Source: Eledone cirrhosa
Lineage: Eukaryota
NCBI GenBank assembly: GCA_964016885.1
Contig: OZ024740.1
Location: 390,290,001-390,354,000, forward strand
Direction of reading: 5' to 3'
DNA length: 64,000 nucleotides
Shown piece by piece: positions 1 to 15,426 of the stretch. Made by a program: the position numbers and the translations under genes. The notes under the pieces were generated by a model. The model saw only the letters and a program-made list of their open reading frames with translations. It was not told where the DNA came from and searched no databases. Position 1 is the stretch's first letter. Each line of letters starts with the position of its first letter.

Positions 1-296
1 AACTATTCGCATTATAATAACCAGAATGTAGCGATTGAAATCAGAAACAATCTCTATAATGATATATAACTTGGGATTGATTAAAACTGCTGGTCTTACA
101 CATATACATAACACTGCACACACACATTACGTAGATACTTTACTTTCATTACAATAGAAAAACGAAGCAAAACACTGCATGCACCAAGCTAAACATAGCT
201 GTATATGTTTGTGCAATACAAATTAGAGTAGTGGTAATGGTAGCGTTGGCGGAATTTGTGGTTGTGTGATTAGAAGTTTTAAGGTCTCAATTTTCA

Positions 297-425
297 TAGC
301 TGAATGGTTAAGAACTTGACTTTACATGAGGACCTGGGTTCGAACCTGCAGCTTGTCACCTTGGACAAATGTCGACCCAAGCATAGAGAGTGAAATTAGA
401 TAGACAGAAACTGTGGAAGCCCATC
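297..425 (+). mobile_element. Degenerate tRNA-derived SINE
   Basis: A-box-like TAGCTGAATGG and B-box GGTTCGAACC, ending in GACAGAAACTGTGGAAGCCC; similar decayed copies near 13060, 29990 and 45975 (-). Confidence 0.5.
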
Positions 426-455
426 GGATAGTTTGTACATGTAACTCAAAGCAGA

Positions 456-617
456 ATCGGCCCTAGGGCTACCTCCCTACCACCATAGGCACAGCTCGCC
501 AGCCGCAGGTGTGAGCCCTGCGAGTTGGAGTGGCTTTCCAGCGCGTCTCCCTTGCCGTCCTCCGGTGAAACGCCTTCTCCATTCTGTCCGCCGGGGCTGT
601 GGGGAGGCTACCAATAT
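456..617 (-). repeat. GC-rich dispersed repeat (same family as 7323-7500)
   Basis: Reverse complement of CCTCCCCACAGCCCCGGCGGACAGAATGGAGAAGGCGTTTCACCGG...CCTAG at 7336-7490. Confidence 0.75.
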
Positions 618-941
618 GATTGACTGACTTGTCATTTTATCAGTCAGATGTTTTTAGACATCACCCAGTTAAATATGATTCATTCTGTGCTGTAGATATT
701 TAATCATACTGTAATGAGAAAAAACTTTCCTACCTTCACTCTAGTCACTAGGTGAGGACTACTACCTTGCTGCTACTACTAACGAACGATCTCTTGTCTA
801 GTCACATATTGTATCACGCTGATTTGAAATTGTATTGCTACACGTGTCTGTGGAATACATAACCTAGTAAAGTTTAATTCACGTGTAAGGCGTTCAGTCG
901 ATCGAACTACTGAATGCATAGCGTCGAAACCGACGGTGGAT

Positions 942-1210
<269 letters not shown>

Positions 1211-1674
1211 GATAAAATTGTGTAATAAAAAGTTACAAATTCAAGGGCGGAAATAAAACAATCGCAATAAAGCAAAAGGTGGTCACGGCTGGATTTATTA
1301 GGGAGTTGTAACGTAAACAATATAACGGACACTTTTAATGCTACTAACGCAGCTAACTCCTGAGGCAATACATCATGTTCTCATAGCGTGTCCTTTATTG
1401 GCTTCGGCCGCTCACAAAAAGCATTTATGTGGTCGTTCAACCAGCTAAAAATGGCAGTCAAACCACCTTAAATCACATCCTAATATCCTAAATAAAAATT
1501 ACCCATGCACAACGCGCCCTCAAGCCTCCCCAATGAAATGCCATTGATGTCTGAAAAGAGGTTTGGCCGTATTAGTGAATTATATCGAAAAGCCTAAGAC
1601 TGGGAGTTACCATATATTTAAAGGAAAACGAAGAGGAGCGATGATAATGCACAATAGTATGTCGGTAGTCACCT

Positions 1675-1727
<53 letters not shown>

Positions 1728-1746
1728 GCATATATATATATATATA

Positions 1747-2941
<1,195 letters not shown>

Positions 2942-2942
2942 T

Positions 2943-3391
<449 letters not shown>

Positions 3392-3415
3392 TGTATATAT
3401 ATATATACATATATG

Positions 3416-3449
<34 letters not shown>

Positions 3450-3529
3450 TATATTGGGTTGTATCATAAATTCCCGCCGTTGTTATAAAACCCTTTAATA
3501 ACAAAACGGCGGGAATATATGTTACAACT

Positions 3530-3568
<39 letters not shown>

Positions 3569-3789
3569 TAAAGTTAGTCCTTCATCAGTGATCTTCCAAC
3601 CATCATTGGTATTTCATCGCTTTAAAGACCATATACCTCCGGTTGGTGCGAGCAACGGCTAAAGAAAGTCGTTGGGACACATAAATAAGGGGAACGAGCG
3701 ATAGTGTAAACATACAAAGATGGTAAAGCAACAAAAAGTGAGGAAGAACGTATCAAGTCCCAGATTTCCATGAATATATATATGAGTAC

Positions 3790-4235
3790 AAACGAAAGAA
3801 AAGTGGGATCAACACATCACGTAGAAGTTGAATTATTTTAACAGTTTGACTCCAGAGAGGTGACAATACGCACCCTTGGCGGAGTCCGACCCCCACATTA
3901 AATGGTTTCTATTTAGGACCATTTTTCCGAACACAAATACTCAGGCATTCGTATAGAGATAAAAGGGGAGCAAGAAGCTGGCCAGAAGAAGGGAGGTAGG
4001 TGTAAAAGCCAAACCCGCTATCTTCAATTTGGTATTCATCCAAACCATTACCTCTTGGGTAATGACCGAAAAAATACGATCACGAATACAAGCGGTGGAA
4101 ATGTGGTCCCTCCGAAGGGACTTTCGAGTAACGTTACTCGATAGTGTGCGTAGCTCGGAGATCAGAAAGTCACTCCAGGTAGAGCCGCTACTTTTTCGAA
4201 TTGAGAGATCATATCTCCCATACTCTTCCTCCACA
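3790..4235. mobile_element. RTE-clade LINE fragment with internal inversion
   Basis: 3985-4230 (+) encodes RT C-terminal KAKPAIFNLVFIQT..SWVMTEKIRSRIQAVEM..LRR. 3850-3960 (-) matches the RT 'PFNVGVGLRQG' region seen on + at 33318. Confidence 0.7.
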
Positions 4236-4477
4236 ACCCTGTCAGGAATGAATAAATGGAAAGAAGAAGAAGAAGAAGAAGAGGATGACGACGGTTAATT
4301 AACACAACAACAGCAACAGTAACAACAACAACAACAACAACAACAGCAACTACTACTACTACTACTACTAGGAAAATAAACGCTGGACATCGCTTTCTTT
4401 TACGTTTTACTCTTGGAATTCATCCCGCCACCACCACAACCCCCCCCCCCCAACCCAAACAAACAAACAAACAAACT

Positions 4478-4670
4478 ATAATTGTTTCTACTTTTGGCAC
4501 AAGGCCAGCAATTATACCAGTGTATTACTGGTACTTTATTTTATCGACCCCGTAAGGATGAAAGGCAAAGTTAACCTCGGCGGGATTTGAACTCAGACCA
4601 TAAAGGGCCGTAACTCTTTGCTGTAAAGCATGGCGTCCGATCCTCTACCTATACTGCCAATCCACCGCCC
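4478..4670 (-). mobile_element. Young tRNA-derived SINE (family A)
   Basis: Reverse complement GGCGGTGGATTGGCAG...GAGTTCAAATCCCGCCGAGGTTAACTTTGCCTTTCATCCTTACGGGGTCGATAAAATAAAGTACC...AGAAACAATTAT; ~12 near-identical copies in the window. Confidence 0.85.
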
Positions 4671-5266
4671 AAACTATAATGAACAATTAATTGCAAGAGT
4701 GTTGACTTTCTCAGCTGATTGCATTTTACGGTAAAAAAAGATTGTGATTGAATCTGCTTTGAGAAAGTGAAATATACCTCTGGCTATTCTTTTAAATCAA
4801 TTAAATCGAGCTACAGAGACTTATCCTGTTGCAGGAGGAAGTGTTTTGTGAAAAACACTAATTTGCCACATTAATAAGCATTTAACTAGATACACTATTA
4901 TGTTGATGGAATTGCTGACCTTGCTACAGATAGGCACTATTGGAAATTGACTGGCTTGTTTTCAGTACATATAATTTTTTATAAGGTCGACTCTCTTATG
5001 GAAGAGAATGCCGAAGAATAAAGAGCACAATACAATTGACGTGGTTTTTGTTCTGAACTGATATCTTGCCAAAAGTAAAATTAAGGAATGATCATTTGTG
5101 AAATTAATATATAACCCATGCTAGCGTGGAAGAACGAACGTAAAACGGTGATGATGATGATATATATATATACAAAGTGTTAAAACAATCAAATCTATCT
5201 GTTTCTACTTCTAGATTATGGTAAGTATTATTATCATTATTATTGGTATTATTAGTATTACTTGCA

Positions 5267-5349
<83 letters not shown>

Positions 5350-6343
5350 GGAAAAATTTGAACAGGGACAAAACAGAGAGGCAGTACAATAAATGTTTAT
5401 TAATTTCACGTTCAGGAGAGTGGGGGGTAGGTGGGCGACGACGTTTCGGGCATAAGCCCTTCCTCGGGTGAGAAGTGTGTGGAAACAGAGTTCAAAAGGT
5501 GTGTAGGGGAGTGGTGGAGAGATATATAGCGAAAGGAAACGGTGCGAATGAAAAAAAAACAAATAAAGATAAAAAATATAAAAAATAAAAATAAAGCATG
5601 ATCAAAATACAAGGAATGAGAAAATTTAAAAATAAAGGCATGATCAAAATAAACTGAAATTAAAAGGGGGTAAACAGGTGGTGGAAGGGTGTGGGGTGAG
5701 TAGGGGTGGTGGCGGGTGGAGTGGGGAGAGGGAGACGGGGTGTCCCAGCGGGGAGGGCTGAAGGTGGTGTGTGTGTGTAGGTGTGCGTGTGTGTGTGTGT
5801 GTGTATGTGAAAGTAAGGGTTGGGGAAAAACGGGGTTGCATGTTCAGGAAGGGGTGTGTGTGGGGGGTGTTTTTGTGGGTCGGAGTGTCTGTGCGTGTGT
5901 GGATAGGGGGTGGGGGGAGAGGAATCAGGAGGCTGAGGGTGTAAATATGTGGTGGGAAGCACGTGTGTGTGGGGTTTAAGCGTGTTGTGGGTGTGGGTGG
6001 CGTGTGGAGAAAAAAAATTTTTTTGGGGTGTGTGTGCGGGTGAGTTATATAGGTGATTACGCAAGAGGATGGTTGAAAAGTTGGTAAGTTCCAAGGATGT
6101 TCAGTAGATTGTTTGTAAGTCAAATTCTGCGTGTGGGTAATCCATGAAGTGGTGGTCGGAAGAGGAGAGATGTGGGGTGCGCGCGCAACAGGAAGTGGTC
6201 AGCAGTGGGAGTGCTGTGGTCTGTTGGTGCTGGGAGGTGGCCAGAGGGCACAGCAGCAGTCAGTGGAATGGTAGGGGGCGAGGATGGGTAGCTGTGAAAT
6301 TAACAGGGGGGTAAACAGGTGGTGGAAGGGTGTGGGGTGAGTA
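5350..6343 (-). mobile_element. Probable Penelope-like 3' remnant with HHR-like motif
   Basis: Minus strand CCGAGGA-AGGGC-TTAT-GCCC-GAAACGTC (5440-5467); ~50-bp direct repeat at 5655 and 6293; flanked by TA tracts. Confidence 0.45.
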
Positions 6344-6584
6344 ATATAGATATATATTCATTAGTTAAGCAAAAACAAGACGACAAATTTCACAAGGAAG
6401 ACATTATTAAAAGATTGTCAACATATTTTAGTTTAATGTAAGGAATGTAGAGAATAATAATAATAATATTAATAATAATGTCCGTTTTCAATTGTTTCGC
6501 TACTCCATATAATATTTATGGATCAAATGATTATATATCATTATTGATCTCTTTAAGATTGGTTACTCTTGAACTGTGTGTATA

Positions 6585-6637
<53 letters not shown>

Positions 6638-6935
6638 ATATATATATATATGAAAATGTTTAACCCCGACGGCAGAGCTCAAGCCGTTTCGACGGCTATT
6701 TCTGGACTACTATATCATGACTCCTACACTGTTCATTTTCCTGACATTCGAACATTATTCTATGAACATTATACATGCACCTCTGATGAGTTGTAGTGCA
6801 CCTGAGCACTGTACACAATAATTTCATTATTATTATTTTTAAAAATTTAAATTTCGGAACATAAGACTTACCACGTTATCTGGTGTATGGCTGCAGTTCA
6901 AAACCTAAAACAAATGTGTGCGTGAGTGTGCGTGT

Positions 6936-7011
<76 letters not shown>

Positions 7012-7431
7012 TTGGGATTTTAATCGTCAGGTATCGATTTAAGTTCAATTGCAGAAAGGAATTCAAAACAGCAACACACTCACATACACGCAATCATATA
7101 CACACATACATACTCATACATACACACACATACATATCAGTCACTTCCAAAACCCAGTTTCATCCAACATTCTAACCACCATTCTTTATATTGTTGCTGT
7201 TGTTGTTGTTCTCACTTCTGTTATTTCTTTTCTCTCTTCCCTTCTTCTCACTAGTAACATCTATTGTTACGCGTTGTATAGAATCATTAGAACATCTGAC
7301 TGATAAAATGACAAGTCAGTCAATCATATTGGTGGCCTCCCCACAGCCCCGGCGGACAGAATGGAGAAGGCGTTTCACCGGTGGACGGTAAGGGAGACGC
7401 GCTGGAAAAGTAATTCCAGCTCGCGAGGCTC

Positions 7432-7820
7432 ACACCTGTGGCTGGCCAGCTCAGCGCCTATGGCGGTGAGTAGGGAGGTAGTCCTAGAGCCGAGGACACC
7501 AGAAGTCTCCACACCTGCGGCTGGCCAGCTCAGCGCCTATGGCGGTGAGTAGGGAGGTAGCCCTAGAGCCGAGGACACCAGAAGTCTCCACACCTGCGGC
7601 TGGCCAGCTCAGCGCCTATGGCGGTGAGTAGGGAGGTAGCCCTAGAGCCAAGGACACCAGAAGTCTCCACACCTGCGGCTGGCCAGCTCAGCGCCTATGG
7701 CGATGAGTAGGAAGGTAGCCCTAGAACCGAGGACACCAGAAGTCTCCACTGCTAGAGGTAGCCAGCTCAGCGCCTATGGCGGTGAGTAGGGGGGTAGCCC
7801 TAGAGCCGAGGACACCAAAA
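7432..7820 (+). repeat. 79-bp GC-rich tandem repeat, ~5 copies
   Basis: ACACCTGCGGCTGGCCAGCTCAGCGCCTATGGCGGTGAGTAGGGAGGTAGCCCTAGAGCCGAGGACACCAGAAGTCTCC recurring at 7432, 7511, 7590, 7669. Confidence 0.9.
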
Positions 7821-8342
7821 GCGACCGGTATTTGCACACAAATACACATATTCAGCTTTTCGCTTTTATTCATTGTTTTTTTTTTTCTTTTAGTCGTTTG
7901 TCACCAGTCATCTGTTTTTTGTTTTGGGGGTTTCACTTTAGCAACACTAGTTACACATGGTGACAGGAATTTGCTTGCTGTCGCATAATTGGAAAAGCGT
8001 TTTTTAAATCTTTGAAAATTTGAAAGAAAAAAAATGGATAAACACCCACCGCCCACCTGAGTATATTCACCCCCCCCCCCCCCCAATGAAATAAAAACTC
8101 CCAGCACCCCCTTTCAACACAACAGCACCCACAAGGGGGCGCTAGCACCCACGTTGGGAAACACTGGTTTAAGGCAATCCAGGTAGAGGTATTTTGAGAA
8201 TTTGGTTGGGTATCAACTGTAATTAAAATCGAGTGCCGCAACATACTGCGGATAACGGTTTTTAGACACACCGGACTAATGAAACATTTGTTAATACTTG
8301 GAATAAACCCTACTGTATAGCTGATCCGTGTTATTCTTCACT

Positions 8343-8404
<62 letters not shown>

Positions 8405-8405
<1 letters not shown>

Positions 8406-9015
8406 GGAGTTCTGTGTCCTTCGTTTGTATTTTTACTTTTAAAAAATAATTTTTTAAGGTTTCCCCTTAAAAAGTTGTTTTTCGTTTTGCCTTGTTTTAA
8501 TTCGTTGTCCTTTCTTTGTTAATTTTCTTAAGTTTATCAATACTAATGTGACGAACGTGTTATCTCTTCTCGCCCCATTTATTTCAATGGCTCACATTTT
8601 TTAATACGATATCTTACTTTTTTCTTTTTTTTCTTTTTTTCTTCCCTTTTCCCCTTTGTTTTAGTCATGACTCTCGTGCTATAAGAGGCACCACCATTTT
8701 CCCCTGACATCACAGAAAATTATATGTATGTTTGATGTAGCTTAATTGCTATAAATTAATGTTTTGTCCCTCGTCTCTTACTCCACTCGATAGTGTTGGG
8801 CTTGTGTCTGACACTGTGACCCCAGGTGGACCAGCAGTACCATTAGTAGGGGTCGAAACCGCCAAAGTCCATCTCAACAGCCGACGACCCTGGAGTTCTG
8901 TGTCCTTCGATTGTATTTTATTTTTAAAAAAAATCTATTAAGGTTTCCCCTTCAGAAATTGTTTAAAGTTTTGCCTTGTTTCCGTTCGTTGTCTTGTCCG
9001 CCAATTGTTAATTTG
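8405..9015 (+). mobile_element. TA-anchored element with ~115-bp direct terminal repeats
   Basis: TGGAGTTCTGTGTCCTTCG..TTTCCCCTT..GTTTTGCCTTGTTT at 8405 and 8891; internal GACCCC..GGGGTC-GAAACC hairpin. Confidence 0.5.
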
Positions 9016-10658
9016 CCAATTCACCGCCTATGTATTTATATGTATATTTATATGCATATATATATGCATATATATACATATGTATATATAAATGTATGAA
9101 TATGTATGTATGTATCAGGCGCGGTGGAACTGGGGGGGGGGGGGGTGCATACCCCCTCCCCCCGATAATTAAATTTTTTCTCCCCAAACTACTCCCCCCA
9201 AAACACATCTATTTCGATATGCGCTACAGTTTATATACATGTTATGTTTATCGCATATCAAAGTTTTTATATCTTGGTTGATATTTAATAATAACTGTGT
9301 AATATATTAGGTTAACCTTCATAGTAAATTTATTTGTCATGTCATTACTTTTTCTCCACATATCACTATTTACCAATTGCAAGCATGTGTATTCAGTGAC
9401 AGATTTCATAGGTCATTTTGCTATAATCACTTTATAATTATTGAAAGTTGTAAATGTAATATGACTTGCCTGGACTCAACTTGCTTTTTCTGACCTTTAG
9501 AGTGCAAAGAGCTAAACTAATCACTACAACTAAATTGAGCACCCACCCCATTCAGAAATGCTTCCACTGTATATATAATTGATTATAAGTATACATACAT
9601 ACAGAGAGAAGGAGGTAAGTAGCCAGCTACATGGCACAGTATGGTGTGGCTTGAGGGAGAATTGTCTGCTATATTTACTAGGCCCACCTACCATGTAGAG
9701 GTTCTACTACTATTAGTAGCTACCGTGTAGTAACCTGCTCTTTTGTCCCATGTATATATAAATATGTATATGAATATAATTTCAGCGAGATCGTATTTCG
9801 GAGGTGGCCAAAACATTTCTACTGTCTTGTCACCATGTAGAGGCTCTACTACATTGGCCTATACAATATATGCTAGCAATTAACTCCTAAACAGAACTCT
9901 TTGGTGCACTTGTGTATGTTTAGTGCGGTGCAAGAAAACGTTAGTTCCATCGCGCAGGAGAAAGATTCGATTTTAAAACGTGAAAAAATACAAACTGACT
10001 ATCGCAAGAGAGTTTGTATATAACTATCCTCCGTTTGTCCCGCCGCCCCACCATTGGTGATTCGGGCATATTGGATACAAAGAAGATTTTTTAATGTTTT
10101 TTTTTAAAATTGACGTCTAATAGGCTGGCAGATAAGGTAAACTAAAAATGAAAACATTGGTTTCTGATTTAGGCACAAGGCCAATAATTTCGGGGAAGGG
10201 GAAAGTCGATCAAATCCAACCCAGTGCATTACTGGTACTTAATTTTATCGACCCCAAACTACCGAAACACACATCTATTTGTATATACACTACAATTTAT
10301 GTACATGTTATGTTTATCACATATCAAAGTGTTTTTATATCTTGGTTGATATTTGATAATAACAGCTAAACTAATCACTACAACTAAATTGACCAAATTT
10401 GGCACCCCCAATTCAGAAACACTTCCACCGCCCATGTTTATGTATGTATATATATTTTCTGATATTACTCCCTTTAAAAAAATATACACAATGTAGTTGA
10501 GGAGATGAAATAAGTAACTTTTGTTTCGTGTTTTGATATCGACCAAAAGAAAATGTGGCCAAAGTTAATAAAATAACAAGAAAATTAAATTAAACACAGA
10601 AAGAGATATCAAGAAAAGGAGGACATAAGGTGGGGAGGAGAGAGAGAGGGGGGGGAGC

Positions 10659-10694
<36 letters not shown>

Positions 10695-10870
10695 GATGGA
10701 GAGAGAGAAAGGAGAAATGGAGAAGCAGCCAGAGAAAAAAATCAAGAGATTATGTGAGCGAGTGTAAGATAGATATAGATATAGAGATAGGGAAAGGGAA
10801 AGAGAGAGATATATTAAGAAATAGTAAGAGTGAAATATAGAGTAGGAGATTGAGAGTGTGGAAGACAGTA

Positions 10871-10911
<41 letters not shown>

Positions 10912-12676
10912 AGAGAGAGTTAGGGAGCTACATAAAATGGATTTGCTAATGATAATGTAATCGTAGCTGTGTTATGCTTGTAATAAATATAGTTAGCATC
11001 TATGATAACGTAACAAACAATTCATTAAAAATAAAAACAAGATAATGGTATAAACGAGGCGAAAGAAAGACTACGGCCACTAAGGTTGTTGTTATTACTG
11101 TTATTTTGAGCCAAAGTCGGCTATGATCGTGTCATCTTATGATCAAAGGCATTCCAAGTTCGTTGTTATTGTTATTGTTGTTGATGTGGCCACAGGTTAG
11201 CTTTGATCGACTTGTCTTATAAACAAAGGAATTCCAGGCCTCATCATTATGTTCTTGTTATTGTTGTTGTCGGCTCTGTATTGGTTAACTAACCTAACAG
11301 CGGTCCAGTAATGATACTTATTTTCAAACCTAATATACCAGGAAGAACGTTAGCCAAACCAATTTCCCTGTTCTCGGAGTGCTTAAGAAGACTATATACC
11401 CTTTCCCCAATCAAACAATAACACATCTAGGACTATAATTGAAACAATAAAAATATCTAGGACTATATTTATTTTACTTATTTAAGCCAACAGGAAGAGA
11501 TTTGAGAGATTTTGGATGCTTCTTCCAGCATGTCACGTGACCAATTTGATGACCCTCTCTTTAATTGGTTTTAGGCATGATTTCGTTATATAGCTCAGTG
11601 AGGTTTATGGGAGATTTGGTTAGCATTTGAAAGTTATGTAAGTATGTCAAAGAAATATTTATGTGAACTATGGACAACTGTTTTTCCAGCTTCCAGAGAC
11701 AATTTGCGGATGAGTGAACCTTATCTCCACTGATCCCCATGGTGTTGTGTCCAATAGTCTGCATATTTATGTAGCTGAATAGGAATTTGAGGGTTAGGCG
11801 TGTGCAGAGGTGCGTTGGGTGGTACGTATGTGCATTGGTTGTGAATGTGTGTATTGTCTGATGGCTAGAGTCGCGTGTGTGTGAAAGGATACAGGGTGTT
11901 TATATCAATAGTAATTCAGAAAATATGGTAAAGTGACTCATTGAGAGGGAAATAAGTGGATAGAGGCACCTGCGAGTAAATGAACTCCACATCACTCATA
12001 CTGGGCGAGTGCGTTAACTACTACATTAAAGAGTCGCTGCCCACCAATTCCGTCTATTTAGAAGATTTTAAGGTAGCCTCTTTGCAAAGTTACTTCTGGG
12101 AGTCTCTCTGGGAAGGGGTCCCTGAAGCTTAAGCATCATTGGTTGATTAGCCACAGGTACGTGCATATATTAATTGTCCAGCGATTACACGACCGACACC
12201 TAAGTATTTACTCCCTGTTAACCACTTCTGTCAGTTTAAGCGTCCCATTTTCCCAAAATAAAATAATTTGAACTTAGTTTGACGAACTGAAAAAACCTAG
12301 ATTTTGGCGTTTCTTGCTTTGATCACTCTAAGAAAATTACTAACCTTGCATTTCCTGCTACACAGTCCACTCTCACCCAAGCGAAAACATTGTAACAGGT
12401 CATAACATCATACGAACCTCTCTACCATATTAGAAATTTCCCCAACGCTGCTATGCAGAAAACATGTTTAATGAATTATTGATTTCAGAAAATTGTAATA
12501 ATAAATTTAATACAAATTTGTATATAACTGTGATCTTGTGTACCCTAGCCGGTTACCTTGTAAGCTAATTATTAGTGCTGACCTTAAGTTAAATGTGATA
12601 AGCAAAGAAAATTGTCTGCTAGAGAGAGAGGAAGAAAGAAAGGGTGCGTGAGTGAATTAATGACTGCCAAGAAATA

Positions 12677-13032
12677 ATAATTGTTTCTACTTTTGGCACA
12701 AGGCCAGCAATTATCCCAGTGTATTACTGGTACTTTTATTTTATCGACCCCGTAAGGATGAAAGGCAAAGTTAACCTCGGCGGGATTTGAACTCAGACCA
12801 TAAAGGGCCGTAACTCTTTGCTGCAAAGCATGGCGTCAGAGCCTCTACCGATACTGCCAATCCACCTGCCAAGAAATAATAATTGTTTCTACTTTTGGCA
12901 CAAGGCCAGCAATTACCCAGTGCATTACTGGTACTTTATTTTATCGACCCCGTAAGGATGAAAGGTAAAGTTAACCTCGGCGGGATTTGAACTCAGTCCG
13001 TAAAGGGACCTAACTGTGCTGCAAAGCATGGC
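12677..13032 (-). mobile_element. Tandem pair of family A SINEs
   Basis: Two copies (12677-12866, 12877-13032), each preceded by CTGCCAAGAAATAATAATT. Confidence 0.85.
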
Positions 13033-13202
13033 GATAAACGTTAATATAAGTGCAAGAATGGCTGTAAGCTTAATGAGTTCGTTTCACAACAATATGGTTG
13101 ATGTCTCAGTCTCACTGCATGGCATCATAAATAAGTATACTTTACTCCGGTCTCGGGTTGATTAATGGTTTGTGAATGAAATTTGGGAGATGGCTACCGC
13201 AT

Positions 13203-14169
13203 ATATATATATATATTTATTTAGGTTTGAAGGTTCACCACTGGATAGAGCTGGTCAATCTTGATGTAATAATATGGAGAGTACTCAACGTAAAGCAGCT
13301 CAACCGTCTTCGTTTGTGTAGTTGGTGGTGCGAGTACGGAGTTAAATATTATAATAAAATGACAGGAAGCTGGACTTGTGTAAATCCTCTACATCCCACT
13401 CGGATAACTTATAGAGGATCTCTATAATACAATTAAAGTTTCTTCATAAAAAACTCTTTCTTTAACTAAACCTCGCAACCCAAACAAAACCTTAAACATT
13501 TTTTAAAACTATTTAATTTTCAATTTTCTAATTTTTTAATTTTATAATGTTAATCTTTAATTTTTTTTAACTTCATCCTATAAATCTAAACAAAAATTTA
13601 ACGTTCCGATCTTCTGTTCACACATTATACCATGTAGACCCCCACTATATATACCTCTGTTAAGATACGGATCCTTTAGAATAACTTTTTTCGCGGCAAT
13701 TCCTGGCCTGACTGTAGCATGACATTAATGCTGACTTTTCTTCCTCTTTCTTTCTGTCATTTTTCTTGTAGCATGACATTAATGCTGACTTTTCTTCCTC
13801 TTTCTTTCTGTCATTTTTCTTGTAGCATGACATTAACGCTGACTTTTCTTCTTCTTCCTTTCTGTTTTTCTTCTCTTTGACCGGGAGGTTAGTAGCACAC
13901 TATAAGCTTTAGCCCCCTCACCAGATAGCCTTAAGTAGGCCGAATGGCAGCACTTGAGGGCGACCGGCTAAAGTGGAAGATGCTAGATGATCGGTCGTCA
14001 TCGGGTCTATGATTTTCAGCCCCATGGATTTTATCTGTTACATTAATTTATTATATTTCGAATACCTGATGATATCACCGGATTCATACGGAACCCGGTC
14101 ATTGAAATGATCATAGTATAATAAACCTTTCAAGGATTTACACAAGTCCAGTCTCCTGTTATTTTATTA

Positions 14170-14172
<3 letters not shown>
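13203..14172 (+). mobile_element. Penelope-like remnant with inverted end and HHR
   Basis: 13348-13388 is inverted relative to 14132-14172; internal 54-bp repeat x3 (13713-13860); bounded by (TA)n. Confidence 0.55.
14062..14119 (+). ncRNA. Type I hammerhead ribozyme (predicted)
   Basis: ATAC-CTGATGA-T ATCACCGG..CCGGTCAT T-GAAA-TGATCA-TA^GTAT; helix III palindrome ATGATCAT; AUA site. Confidence 0.6.
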
Positions 14173-14244
<72 letters not shown>

Positions 14245-14969
14245 GTGTGCGCGTCCGTATCTGGGTTTATGTTTGCTACTTGTTTATGTCTCGTAACTTA
14301 GCAGTTCGACAAACAGAGATCAATAAAATAAATACTAGATCAGAAAACGAAGTAATGAGGTCAATACGAACGACTAAACTCATTAAAGACGGTGTCCTAG
14401 CATGGCTGCTGCCTACTGACTAGAGCCAGCAAATAGAATATTCTAAACAAAGTTAAGTAAACAAAACGAGGAAATCAATGCGATATGTTGTAATGGGAGG
14501 AGGAAGGGGAGGAGGAATAAGTACAATGAAACAAAGCGCAATTGAATGGATATATGACCAGTTGCTTGAAAAACGCATTTCGATTAGGTGGTCTTTATGT
14601 ATAAAGTATGTTCATTTCTTATTCAAATAATGGTTTCTTCTTTAGACACAAAGCTAGATATTTTGGTTTGAGGAGGAAAACCGGTTTAATTGAACTCAGT
14701 ACTTTGATTTTGTTTTATCGGCCCTAGAACCATGAAAGGCACAATTGGCCTCGATGGGATTTGAACTCAGAACGTAAACGGTCGTAGCTAAACATCACAA
14801 AGCATTTTGTCCTCAGCTTTAAAGATTTTTTCAGCCAAATGTCCTCCATGGGGGCCCTTAACACCTGATAGAGTTGTAGGGTTGCTGTCCTGACACACGG
14901 TCTGTCTGGGATATTTTACACCTGGTAGAGCCCATCCCTCTCTAGAGAAAGAGAGAGAGTAAGAGAGAG

Positions 14970-15013
<44 letters not shown>

Positions 15014-15426
15014 AAAGAATCGACCTAAGTACTAGACTATCACTATATCTATCGACCTCGAAAGGATAAAAGACATTGTTGACTTCGGCAGGATTTGAAC
15101 TCAGAGCGGAGGCATGTTTAATTGGCCGCCCAACTCTGCCAACACAACGTCTTCCCGTCTTAGTGCTCAAATAAGGATATATAACATAAGTGTACCAGGG
15201 GCTCAAATTTGTGTTCTGTAAGCTATGAGTGGCATAGAGATTAGTGAGTTGCGTCACTGAGTGACGTAATATCCGGGAAGTATATGACTGCGATCTTAGC
15301 TCTTTGCAGCCCTTGTATATTTTCCCCCGTGCTTTTGCTAACAGTGTTTTCGTTGGTCTTTCCAATTGCTAATACTATCTATTGGTCGCAACTCCAGGTA
15401 GAAGGGGCAACGTGAAATAATGTGTC

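Noticed and set aside
6706-6836. CTGATGAG as a hammerhead core
   Set aside because: No downstream GAAA or helix II; it looks like a LINE 3' tail ending in (ATT)n.
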